From Acidimicrobiales bacterium (GTDB lineage: Bacteria > Actinomycetota > Acidimicrobiia > Acidimicrobiales > RAAP-2), in the NCBI GenBank assembly GCA_017883045.1, contig JADGOJ010000003.1, positions 98 through 64,097 of the forward strand: a DNA stretch of 64,000 bases. The letters are read 5' to 3'. Of the stretch, positions 1 to 8,584 are shown in pieces. A program made the position numbers and the translations under genes. The notes beneath the pieces were generated by a model. The model made no database searches and had not been told where the DNA came from. It saw only the letters and a list, made by a program, of their open reading frames with translations. Within the stretch, counting starts at the first letter, position 1. Each line of letters opens with the position of its first letter.

Positions 1-51
1 GAGATTCCATTCTAGTCGGTCGCGGCTCCGCGCTCAAGCGCGTGGCACGTA

Positions 52-2931
52 CTACTTGCCTGCCGTCAACGCCTTCTGGGCCAACGTCAGCTCGCGGTTC
101 ATCGCGTCGACCGCGGCCTGGTACGCGCCGAGGTTGCCGTTGCTGAGGGCCTTCTGGGCCGCGGTGTAGTCCGCGGCGGCGCGTTGCAGGTAGTACGCCG
201 CGGTCTGGCCGGTCTTGCCGCCGCCGCCGGGCTTGACGGGCGTGATGTTCGTGCCGAGCACGTCGGACAGCGCGCCGGCGAGGGTCGGCTCGATGCCGAC
301 CTCCTGGTTGAACACCGCGATCACGTAGCGCAGCTGGGGCAGCGGGTTCGAGCTGCTCGTCACGTAGAGCGGGCGGATGTAGAGCACGCTCTGGTCGAGG
401 GGCACCATGAGGTTGTTGCCGAGCAGCACGAGCGAGCCGTGCTGGTCGAGCAGGGTGATCGTCTGGGCGGCCTTGGTGTTCTGCTGGATCTCCGAGTCGG
501 CCTGGACCGGGCCCGTGACCGAGGTGCCGCGCGGGGTCACGTAGACGTTCAGGTTTCCGTAGTCCTTCGGGTCCGACGTCGCCATCATGAAGGCCGTGAG
601 GCCCTGGACGGTCGAGGAGTTGCCCGCCGGCACGAAGGCGATCGACTCGAGGAGCTGCTGGTGGTTGGCCTGGGGCAGGGAGCCCACCTGGAAGACCGGG
701 CTCATCGGGGCGAGCGACGAGGAGACCACGTTGCCCGCGGCGTCGGTGACCGAGGTGAGCGAGAGCGACTGGCTCGGGGTGCCCGAGCCCGTCGTCGGGG
801 AGATCTCCCAGCGGTCCGAGGCGTTGTAGAAGGCGCTCGCGGCGGTGATGTGGTAGCGCCCGAGGGTCGCGGCCTGGACCGAGAAGATGTCGGCCGGGTA
901 GCGCAGGTGCGTCTGGATGGCCGCGGGCATGTCGCTCATGGGGTGGAACATCGTCGGGAAGGCGGCGCGGTAGGCCTTGAGGATCGGGTCGTTGGGGTTG
1001 GCCGCGTAGAAGGTCATGGCGCCGGTGAAGGCGTTGACGACGACCTTGACCGAGTTGCGCACGTAGTTGAAGCTGCCGGGCAGTCCGCCGGTGCTGACAT
1101 TGAGGTTCGACGCGTTCTCCGCGTAGGGATACTGGTCGGTCGTGGTGTAGCCGTCGAGCACGTACTGCACCTCGCCGTTGGACACGACCGCGTAGGGGTG
1201 GGCGTCGAAGGAGAGGAACGGCGCGGCCTTCTGGGCCATCTGGGCGACGTCGCGCACGAACAGGATCCGGCTCTTGGCGGTGATCTGGTTCGAGATCAGG
1301 AAGTTGAAGTCGCCCAGGCGCAGCGCGAAGGCCAGCCGGCTGGCGATGCTGCCGACCGCCACCCCGCCGCTGCCCGTGTAATGGGTCTCGACGGGCTGGC
1401 CGGCGTTGCGCCCCGAGTTGACCTGGTAGTCGAGCTCGGGCTGCTTGGTGTTCGCGGCCACCCAGCCGGGGTCGTTGATGCCGAAGTAGATCCCCGGTTG
1501 GGTCAGCACCGGCATGCCACTGGTCGAGGCCGGCGGCACGTTCGAGACGGCGAAGACGGGGTTGCCGGTGTTGGCGTCGACGGTGTTGGCCGCCACGACC
1601 GCGGCGCCGATCCCGTGGGTGTACTGCAGGTGCTGGTTCACCCAGCTCTGGCTGGGCAGGTTCGCGGTGTTGAGCTGGCGCGCACCGATCAGCACCGGGG
1701 TGAGCTTGCCGTTGATGAAGTAGCGGTCGACCGAGAGCGTGGAGAACGTGTAGTACGAGCGGATCGACTGGCGCCGGATGACGGTGGCGAGCGCGATATT
1801 GTTCGCCGGGTCCCACAGGCGGATGTTGTCGAGGGTCGCCTTGTCGGCCTTGATCGTCGCGTTGGTGACCGACGGCGACCCGGCGAAGGTGTGGACCTCG
1901 ACCTTGTCGAGGTTGAAGGCCGCGCGGGTCGCCTCGATGTTGCGCTGGATGTAGGGCGCCTCGAGGGTGTCCTGGTTGGGGCTCACCTTCAGCGCCTGGA
2001 GGATCGTCGGGTACAGCACGCCGATCACGAGCGCGACGAAGAGCCAGAGCCCGACCGCGACCGCGGGCAGGGACCAGCCGCGCATGCGGACGTTCGCGAG
2101 CAGGATCAGGGCCGCGGCGAGCGACAGGTAGAAGAGGATCGTCAGGGCCGGCATGCGCGCGTGCACGTCGGTGTAACTCGCGCCCTGGACGTAGCCGTTG
2201 GTGGAGTTGACGAGCTCCCACTTGCCGATGACGTAGCCCACCGCCTTCATCAGCGCGATGCCCGCGCCGATCACCGAGAGGTGGGCCTTGACGCGCGGCG
2301 AGACGCGCGGCGAGACGCGCGTGGCGCGGATGCCGCCGTTCATGTAGTGGAAGCCGGTGGTGACGATCAACGCCACCACGAGCGCGACGAGCGACCAGGT
2401 CACCATGAACGAGACGAAGGGCAGCTTGAAGACGTAGAAGCTCAGGTCCTTGTGGAACAGGGCGTCCTTCTGGTTGAAGGGCTGGCTGTTGGCGAAGAGC
2501 AGGTACTTCTGCCACTGGCCCGTCGCGTTCAGTCCCGCGACGAGACCCATCACCAGGGCGATGGCCGCGTAGATGCGCTTGGCGTAGGGGCGCACCAGGT
2601 TCTGGAACCGGCGCACGATCTCGTCCTCGGGGTCAAAGGAGAGGTCCCGGGCGCCGAAGCGGTCGGTGAGCAGCAGGTTGCCCCACATGATGAAGAAGAA
2701 GACCGCCCCGAAGGTGAGGCCCAGTCCGACCTTCACCATCAGCAGCGTCGAGAAGACCCGACCGAGGCCGACCGACGAGAACCACATCTGGTCGGTCCAC
2801 AGCACCGCGAGGTTGCGCAGCGAGAGGAACGCGATGAGCAGCACGACGAAGGCGGCGCCGATCCAGAAGCGCCGCGAGAGCCGGCCGAGCCGTCGCGAAC
2901 GCGGGGACGGGATGTCGGAGGGGCTACGCAC
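52..2931 (-). CDS. UPF0182-family large polytopic membrane protein
   Basis: 959-aa ORF with an Arg-rich N-terminus and several hydrophobic helices in the first ~300 aa. These include LWTDQMWFSSVGLGRVF, which I associate with UPF0182 (mycobacterial Rv3193c-type) proteins. A long soluble domain follows. Confidence 0.85.
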   Translation of the reverse strand: MRSPSDIPSPRSRRLGRLSRRFWIGAAFVVLLIAFLSLRNLAVLWTDQMWFSSVGLGRVFSTLLMVKVGLGLTFGAVFFFIMWGNLLLTDRFGARDLSFDPEDEIVRRFQNLVRPYAKRIYAAIALVMGLVAGLNATGQWQKYLLFANSQPFNQKDALFHKDLSFYVFKLPFVSFMVTWSLVALVVALIVTTGFHYMNGGIRATRVSPRVSPRVKAHLSVIGAGIALMKAVGYVIGKWELVNSTNGYVQGASYTDVHARMPALTILFYLSLAAALILLANVRMRGWSLPAVAVGLWLFVALVIGVLYPTILQALKVSPNQDTLEAPYIQRNIEATRAAFNLDKVEVHTFAGSPSVTNATIKADKATLDNIRLWDPANNIALATVIRRQSIRSYYTFSTLSVDRYFINGKLTPVLIGARQLNTANLPSQSWVNQHLQYTHGIGAAVVAANTVDANTGNPVFAVSNVPPASTSGMPVLTQPGIYFGINDPGWVAANTKQPELDYQVNSGRNAGQPVETHYTGSGGVAVGSIASRLAFALRLGDFNFLISNQITAKSRILFVRDVAQMAQKAAPFLSFDAHPYAVVSNGEVQYVLDGYTTTDQYPYAENASNLNVSTGGLPGSFNYVRNSVKVVVNAFTGAMTFYAANPNDPILKAYRAAFPTMFHPMSDMPAAIQTHLRYPADIFSVQAATLGRYHITAASAFYNASDRWEISPTTGSGTPSQSLSLTSVTDAAGNVVSSSLAPMSPVFQVGSLPQANHQQLLESIAFVPAGNSSTVQGLTAFMMATSDPKDYGNLNVYVTPRGTSVTGPVQADSEIQQNTKAAQTITLLDQHGSLVLLGNNLMVPLDQSVLYIRPLYVTSSSNPLPQLRYVIAVFNQEVGIEPTLAGALSDVLGTNITPVKPGGGGKTGQTAAYYLQRAAADYTAAQKALSNGNLGAYQAAVDAMNRELTLAQKALTAGK
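2290..2321. repeat. In-frame 12-nt tandem repeat (gacgcgcggcga x2 plus an 8-nt partial copy) inside the UPF0182 gene
   Basis: Direct reading: 2290-2301 and 2302-2313 are identical, and 2314-2321 repeats the first 8 nt. On the minus strand this encodes RVSPRVSPRV. Confidence 0.9.
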
Positions 2932-2952
2932 GTTGGAAGCCTAGGACTTTTC

Positions 2953-4638
2953 TCAAACGGGAACGACGGTGCACGCGCAGCCGGCGTGCAACGGCGGGTA
3001 GGCCGCGCCGCTGGGGAAGCTCTGGCCGGCGGGGCGCTCGCCCGACGCGGCGTCGAGTGCGCAGGCGTCACAGGGCGCGTCGCTGGGCGCCGCGTAGAAG
3101 CGGACCGACCGGCCCTGGGAGGCCGCGAGCACCCCGAGGTGGAAGGCTCGACGGGCCGCGTCGGTGCAGAGCCGCTCGACCCGGGCCCCGCGCCACTCCT
3201 TGTAGGCGGCGTTGGCCCGCTCGGGACCGTCGCCGCTGCCGTCGGCGAGGATGCGCTTGCGCAGCGCCAGCACGATCGTCACCGCGAGGTCGGCGGCGCA
3301 GTCGTCGATGGCGGCGCGGTCGAGCGCCTGGGCCGACGCTCCGGCCTCGTCGCTGGCGAACTGGACGCCGGCGGCCGCGGCGTCGACCAGCGCGTCGACG
3401 GACGCGGTGGCGTAGCGCGCACGCTGGTCGTGCTCGTCCTCGAGTTCGGTGGTGATCATCGCCTTCACGTCGCGCAGCCGCTCGAGCATGACGTTCTGGT
3501 CGTCCTGCAGGGCCCGCTTCACCTTGCGCGTCAAGACGGCGAGCGACTCGTCCAGGGACTGGTCACGGCGCTTGAAGAGCTCGCCCGTCGCGGTGGGGGG
3601 CTTGGCCGACGCCGCGGGCGCCGCCTTTCGCGGCGCGTGCGGGGCGGCGCCGCGCTCTTCCAACGATGCCTTGCGCAGCCGCGCGAAGATCTCGTTGACG
3701 ACGTCGGTGCCCGAACCGTCGTCCTCGACGAACGACGCCTCGCTGACCGGTTCGGGCCCTTTGGGGGCGGCCTTGCGGGCCTTGGGCTTGGGCTCGACCG
3801 CTGGCTCGGCCGGTTCGCGGACTTGGATCTCGGGCACCGCACGCAGTGGCGTGCCCGCGAGCAGCTCCTCCTCGGTCGGCTCGGGGACGGCCGGATGACC
3901 GCGCAACGCCTCGAGCGCGGCGGCGCGCGCGACCTCGTCGGAGTTGTTGATGCCCGAGAGCACGCCCTCCACCTGGTCGAGGAGCGTGCCGACGAACGTC
4001 CCGAGCGAGTCACGGGCCGCGCGCAGCTGGTCGATCTGCAGGTGCAGGGCCTTGCGCTTCACCGCGAGGTCGTTGAGCACGACCTTGCGCGCTTCGTTCG
4101 CCTGCTCGACGATGGCGCGGCCCTGCTCGCGCGCGTGGTCGACGAGGGCCTCGCCGTTCACCTTCGCCGAGTCGATGAGCCGTTCGGCGGCGAGGCGGGC
4201 GTCGTGGTCGATCTGGGTGGCGGTGTTCTCGGCCTCGGTGATCAGCGCCGTGGCGCGCTCCTGGGCCTCGATGAGGTGCGCGGCGGCGCGCTGCTGGCTC
4301 TCGGTGAAGACCTGGGCGCTGCGCTCCTGGGCCTCGGCGGTGACCCGGCCCGCCTCCTCGTGGGCCGAGCGCAGAATCGCGGCGCTCTGGGCGCCCAGCG
4401 CGCTCGCCAGCGTCGCCTCGTCGAAGGTGGGGTTGGCGATCTTGCGGTGGGCTTCGCTCAGCTGGTCCTGGAGCTCGCGGATGCGCGCCTCGAGGTGGCC
4501 CATCTCGCGCGCGACCGCTTCGAGGTGCAGGCGCACCTCGTTCGGGTCGAGGCCGCCCTTGCGCAGGGTGGAAAAGTTCGTGCGGGCTATCTCGGCCGAC
4601 GTTTGACGCGTGGAGGAGAGGATTCGGCGTTCGTCCAT
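2953..4638 (-). CDS. DivIVA-domain coiled-coil protein with a C-terminal Cys/His (phage Mu-F-like) motif
   Basis: The track ORF runs 2953..5112, but its first 158 aa are Arg/Pro/Gly-rich and overlap the next gene. The ATG at 4638 gives MDERRILSS...FSTLRKGGLDPNEVRLHLEAV, a DivIVA N-terminal signature. Long Ala/Glu/Arg/Gln heptad-like segments follow, and the protein ends PCDACALDAASGE...YPPLHAGCACTVVPV. Confidence 0.75.
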   Translation of the reverse strand: MDERRILSSTRQTSAEIARTNFSTLRKGGLDPNEVRLHLEAVAREMGHLEARIRELQDQLSEAHRKIANPTFDEATLASALGAQSAAILRSAHEEAGRVTAEAQERSAQVFTESQQRAAAHLIEAQERATALITEAENTATQIDHDARLAAERLIDSAKVNGEALVDHAREQGRAIVEQANEARKVVLNDLAVKRKALHLQIDQLRAARDSLGTFVGTLLDQVEGVLSGINNSDEVARAAALEALRGHPAVPEPTEEELLAGTPLRAVPEIQVREPAEPAVEPKPKARKAAPKGPEPVSEASFVEDDGSGTDVVNEIFARLRKASLEERGAAPHAPRKAAPAASAKPPTATGELFKRRDQSLDESLAVLTRKVKRALQDDQNVMLERLRDVKAMITTELEDEHDQRARYATASVDALVDAAAAGVQFASDEAGASAQALDRAAIDDCAADLAVTIVLALRKRILADGSGDGPERANAAYKEWRGARVERLCTDAARRAFHLGVLAASQGRSVRFYAAPSDAPCDACALDAASGERPAGQSFPSGAAYPPLHAGCACTVVPV

Positions 4639-4676
4639 TCCTTCAAGACTACGGCGTCGGGCAGGCGAGAAACGGC

Positions 4677-5804
4677 TTAGTGGGGCGTGGTGAGCGGCAC
4701 GGGCGCCGCGCCGCCGATGGCGCGCAGCTCGCCCAGCGCCTGGGCGAGGGTGGTGACACCGATAATCTTCAGTCCCGGTTCGGCGACGCCTCGGGCCGTC
4801 GTCACCTCGACTTGGGGCACGATGAAGTACTTCGCGCCTGAGCGTTGCACGGCAACCGTCTTCTGCGCCACGCCCCCGACGTCGCCGACGTGGCCCTGGG
4901 CGTCGATCGTGCCGGTGGCGGCGACGACCTGGTGTCCCGTCAACGAGCCCCCAGTGAGCTGGTCGATGAGCGTCAGGGTCATCGCGAGACCCGCCGACGG
5001 GCCCCCGATGTTGCTGGTGTTGATCGAGACCCTGGCCGGCAGCTGGTAGGTGACGCCGTCCTCGAGCGAGACACCGAACCACGAGTGGCTCGGTCCGCTG
5101 ACTCCGGGGCACGCCGGAGCGGCGAGGTCCCTCGGGGCGGCGGCCGTCTTCAACGTGACCACCGAGGGCTTCTTGTAGGAGATGACACCCACCGACGAGA
5201 TGACCGCGCGCGCCAGCGTGAGCCGCACGGTGGTGCCGGGGGCCATGGCGTGGATCGCCCTGATCAGCGTGCAGGTGTCACCAACCGGCGTGGCGTCGAC
5301 GGCCACGATGTCGTCGGCCACGCGGATGCCGGCCGAGCGCGCGGGCGACGGCGCGATCACCGCGCTGACGATGGTGCCGGTCTTGGTCGACGGGGTCGTC
5401 CAGCCGAGGGCCCTGAAGGCGGCGACCTCGGCGGCCTGCTTGGAGTCACTCATCTGGAGGTAGCCCTGGGGGCCGAACTCGTCGGCGGGCACACCGGGAT
5501 CGATGAGCTCGTTGGCGGGTACGAACTGGACGTGGGACTGGAAGTGCATCGCCAACCACTGGAGGGCGCTGAGCGGCTGGAGGAAGACGTCGGTCAGCAT
5601 GATCTTGTCGTGGTGCGGGTCCGTGGCGACGCCCTGGATCTTCACGAGCGGCGCGACCGGCGTGGCCTCGCCCGGGGTCAAGGCGTAGACCGGCACGTTC
5701 CACGCGCGCAGCCCCGCAACGACCACCAGGATGGCGATCACGCTCAGCAGGAACGCCCGGAGTCGGCGACGACCCCGCCAAGGTGGTGAGATGGGTTCGT
5801 GCAA
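4677..5804 (-). CDS. Membrane-anchored PDZ + Lon-C (S16) serine protease, YlbL/Rv3194c-like
   Basis: N-terminal TM helix (AFLLSVIAILVVVAGL) and a PDZ-like segment (ARSAGIRVADDIVAVDATPV...TVRLTL). The Lon protease C-terminal motifs are present: GGPSAGLAMTLTL (Ser) and GGVAQKTVAVQRSGAKYFIVP (Lys). The start appears to be TTG at 5804 and is uncertain. Confidence 0.8.
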   Translation of the reverse strand: MHEPISPPWRGRRRLRAFLLSVIAILVVVAGLRAWNVPVYALTPGEATPVAPLVKIQGVATDPHHDKIMLTDVFLQPLSALQWLAMHFQSHVQFVPANELIDPGVPADEFGPQGYLQMSDSKQAAEVAAFRALGWTTPSTKTGTIVSAVIAPSPARSAGIRVADDIVAVDATPVGDTCTLIRAIHAMAPGTTVRLTLARAVISSVGVISYKKPSVVTLKTAAAPRDLAAPACPGVSGPSHSWFGVSLEDGVTYQLPARVSINTSNIGGPSAGLAMTLTLIDQLTGGSLTGHQVVAATGTIDAQGHVGDVGGVAQKTVAVQRSGAKYFIVPQVEVTTARGVAEPGLKIIGVTTLAQALGELRAIGGAAPVPLTTPH

Positions 5805-6431
5805 AGTGATGAACCAACGCTAGCGGAGACCCTCGACGAGACGCTGCTGCGCGCGGGCTTCGCGAAGTGCCCCGACTTCGAGAACGTCCTTCGAACGAAC
5901 CTGCACGCGCCCGATTCACGCCACCGGGTGCTGGCGCTGCGCGGCGCGGTGCGCCAGTCGCTCGTCACGGTCGACGACTGGCTCGCGGCGCTCGACGACG
6001 CGGTCGTCGACGTGCGTCGTGAGGCGCTCGCGCAGATCGCCTACGTCGAGATCGTCGACCAGCGCATCTACGAGCGGATCGCCGAGTTGCTCGACGACGC
6101 CGACGCGCTCGTCGTGGACGCCGCGGTGTTCGCCCTCGCCGAGCACCTCTACACCGGCGCCGTCGGGAAGCTCTGCGAGGTGGCGACGGGCCACGACGAC
6201 GCGAGGTGTCGCGAGTCGGCCGTCGCGGCGCTGGGCGCCATCGGCGACGATCGTGGTCGGCCCGCGGTGCTCGCCGCGCTCGACGACAAGCCCGCCGTGC
6301 GACGACGCGCGATCGTGGCCCTGTCGAACTTCGAGGGTCCCGACATCGACGCCGCCCTGGAGCGCGCCAGCGAGGACCGCGACTGGCAGGTGCGCGCCGC
6401 CGTCGACCAGTTGAAGTCCGACGCCGACTAA
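5799..6431 (+). CDS. HEAT-repeat protein
   Basis: 210-aa ORF with repeated helical units of the type D..VR..A..AL (VDVRREALAQIAY, ARCRESAVAALGAIGD, PAVRRRAIVALSN, DWQVRAAVDQL). The GTG start at 5799 would overlap the divergent neighbour's TTG start, so the true start may be further downstream. Confidence 0.6.
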   Translation: MQSDEPTLAETLDETLLRAGFAKCPDFENVLRTNLHAPDSRHRVLALRGAVRQSLVTVDDWLAALDDAVVDVRREALAQIAYVEIVDQRIYERIAELLDDADALVVDAAVFALAEHLYTGAVGKLCEVATGHDDARCRESAVAALGAIGDDRGRPAVLAALDDKPAVRRRAIVALSNFEGPDIDAALERASEDRDWQVRAAVDQLKSDAD

Positions 6432-7459
6432 CGTTCGGCGTCGCGAAAGAGCGTGTGCAGCGAGGACATCTCCTCGAGGCAGAGCTGCAGTCCCCGGATC
6501 ACGACGGTGTCGGGTTCGTCCGCGACCGACACGTCGACGCCGGTGTTCGTCGCGATCAGGTCGGCGAAGTCGCTCAGCTGCGCCTGTCCCCCGACCATCG
6601 TGAGGCCGCGCGCGCTGACGTCCTGGGAGAGGTCGGGGGGCGTGTCGCCGAGGCACTCTTGGATCATGCGCACCGTCGACGAGACGACCTCGTGGGCGGC
6701 GTTGTTCACCAGGTCCGCGTCGACGTCGACCTCGACGAGCTCGCCGCGGTCGACCGTGCGAGCGAGCACCACCTCCGAGTGACCACGGGTGAGGCCCTTG
6801 GCCGAGCCGAGGCTGAACTTCAGGTTCTCGACGACCGACGGGGCGACGACGACCCCCAGGCGGATGCGCAGCAGGGTCGCGATCGCGAGATCGAAGTCGT
6901 TGCCTCCGATGCGGCGCGCGCTGCCCGTGACGATGCCCCCGAGTGAGATCACCGCGGCCTCCGAGGCACCCGCCCCCAACAGCGCCACGGCCGACCCGAT
7001 GGGGTCCTGCACCGGGAGCCCGAGCCCGATCGCGGCGGCGATCGGCGCCTCGATGAGGCTCACCTCGCGCGCGCCGGCCTGGATCGCCGCCTGGCGCAGC
7101 GCCCGGCGCTCGATGGGCGTCGCGAGCGAGGGCACGCTCATGACGACGCGCGCGCGGCTCAGTTTCGAGATGCCGGCGCGATCGAAGAGCCCCGCGATCA
7201 GCCGGGCGGTGACGTCGAAGTCCACGGTGGCACCCTGGGCGAGCGGGCGGAACACCACCACGTGGCGAGGCGTGCGCGCCACCATGTCGAGTGCGCCGTG
7301 GCCGACCTCCACGACCGAACCGGAGTTGGTGTCGATCGCGACCAGGGTCGGCTCGTTGAAGAGGATGCCGCGTTGGGCGGTGGCGAGGCGCGAATGGGAG
7401 GTCCCGATGTCGAGCGCGACGTCCAATGGCATGAACACCAACAATAGGGCGACGTTCAA
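6428..7459 (-). CDS. Divergent MreB/Mbl-family actin-like protein
   Basis: Collinear with MreB along the whole length: DIGTSHSRLA (phosphate-1), NEPTLVAI, ARTPRHVVVFRPLAQGATVDFDVT, VMSVPSLATPIERRALRQAAIQAGAREVSLIEAPIAAAIG, RIGGNDFD and VGGQAQL...GVDVSVADEPDTVVIRG. The start is either TTG at 7459 (GGAG 4 nt upstream) or ATG at 7432 (MPLDVALDIG). Confidence 0.8.
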   Translation of the reverse strand: MNVALLLVFMPLDVALDIGTSHSRLATAQRGILFNEPTLVAIDTNSGSVVEVGHGALDMVARTPRHVVVFRPLAQGATVDFDVTARLIAGLFDRAGISKLSRARVVMSVPSLATPIERRALRQAAIQAGAREVSLIEAPIAAAIGLGLPVQDPIGSAVALLGAGASEAAVISLGGIVTGSARRIGGNDFDLAIATLLRIRLGVVVAPSVVENLKFSLGSAKGLTRGHSEVVLARTVDRGELVEVDVDADLVNNAAHEVVSSTVRMIQECLGDTPPDLSQDVSARGLTMVGGQAQLSDFADLIATNTGVDVSVADEPDTVVIRGLQLCLEEMSSLHTLFRDAER

Positions 7460-7507
7460 TCAGCTCCGTTGGTAACTAGCCTTCAGTGGGTGAAGAGTTG
7501 GGGACCA

Positions 7508-8575
7508 ATGGACTGGTGGCGCACGCGGCGCGAGCACCCGGGCCCGCCGCCCAAGGGCGCGCGCAACTGGATCCACCCCAGCGAACTGCCCAGTTTCGAG
7601 TCGCTCGACGCCTCGCCGCTCTGGCAGATCCAGTCACGCGCCGCGCGCGCGATCGGGGTCGTCATGGCGGTCGCGCTGATCGCCGGATCGGCCGGCCTGC
7701 TCATCGCGCGAAACGCCAGCTCCTCCGAGACCCCGCTGCCGGCCCACATCGCCACGACCCTCAGCGCCCTGCCGGCCAACAGCCGCGTCGCCGCGCTGCA
7801 CACGGTGAGCCTCACGATCACGACCCCCGGACACGTCCGGGTCGTCGCGGCGATGGTGCTGCCCCACGACCTCGCGGTCACCACCACGCCGATCCCCCAG
7901 TCCGCGCTCATCACCGGCTCGATCTCCGAGCACGTCAACTTCAAGGTGACCTGGGTCGGCCGCGACAAGGTGATGGGCTTCACCATCGTGCGCCTCGGCA
8001 TGAGGGTCCCGGCCCTCTCCTTCGCGCCCCTGCCGGCGAGCGCGTCGGTCGTGGCCGTCTCGCCCATCCTCAAGTCCACGACCAAGTCGCCGCAGTACGC
8101 CTGGGCCGACACCGTCCTCGGCGACCCCAAGGTCAACGCGACCGGCGTCATCAGCTACCTGTCGACCACGTCCGACGCCGATACCAACGGCTTCGTCGAC
8201 GCCGTCGCGGTCAACAAGAGCGGCCGCGTGGTGGCGGTGCTGTCCATCGACCACCTGTGGTACTCGGCGCAGTTCGTGGCGCGCATCGCCTACATCGTCG
8301 CCACGGGCCGGGGGTGCCACTCGAGCCTCGGCATCGCCGGCGCCAGCGCCCAGGGCGGTGGCGTCGTCGTGCGCCGCGCGATCCCCAAGTCCCCCGCCCA
8401 GTGGCACTTCAAGCGCGGTGACGTCATCACCGCCCTGAACGGCAAGCCCACCGAGACCTTCAGCGCGCTGCTGACCGCGCTCTACCTGACCCCGGCCTAC
8501 TCCCAGGCCAAGGTGACCTTCGCGCGCGACGCCACCATCCACCACACCGTCATGACGCTCGGCTGCGCGCTCTAG
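7508..8575 (+). CDS. Membrane-anchored HtrA-like (trypsin-fold + PDZ) protein, probably catalytically inactive
   Basis: Cytoplasmic N-terminus with WIHPSELPS, then a TM helix (AIGVVMAVALIAGSAGLLIA), a beta-rich ~200-aa region and a C-terminal PDZ (GGGVVVRRAIPKSPAQWHFKRGDVITALNGKPTETF). No GNSGG/GDSGG-type serine motif is visible. ATG at 7508 is preferred; the alternative start is at 7469. Confidence 0.6.
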   Translation: MDWWRTRREHPGPPPKGARNWIHPSELPSFESLDASPLWQIQSRAARAIGVVMAVALIAGSAGLLIARNASSSETPLPAHIATTLSALPANSRVAALHTVSLTITTPGHVRVVAAMVLPHDLAVTTTPIPQSALITGSISEHVNFKVTWVGRDKVMGFTIVRLGMRVPALSFAPLPASASVVAVSPILKSTTKSPQYAWADTVLGDPKVNATGVISYLSTTSDADTNGFVDAVAVNKSGRVVAVLSIDHLWYSAQFVARIAYIVATGRGCHSSLGIAGASAQGGGVVVRRAIPKSPAQWHFKRGDVITALNGKPTETFSALLTALYLTPAYSQAKVTFARDATIHHTVMTLGCAL

Positions 8576-8584
8576 GTTGGATCC

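Noticed and set aside
184-4680. 1498-aa plus-strand ORF spanning the UPF0182 and DivIVA genes
   Set aside because: It is antisense to two ORFs with clear family signatures. Its translation is low-complexity (Arg/Gly/Asp/Glu/His/Val runs), typical of a stop-free reverse frame in very GC-rich DNA, and shows no recognisable motifs.
4639-5112. N-terminal 158-aa extension of the DivIVA ORF, and analogous upstream extensions of hutI, hutG, the VWA gene, nuoA/D/E/G/J, hemD, the crotonase gene, the ATP-grasp gene and the hemL-coupled gene
   Set aside because: The extensions are Arg/Pro/Gly-rich and overlap the preceding gene. They are superseded by internal starts that either have an SD sequence or form the GTGA/ATGA/TAGTG coupling seen throughout the window.
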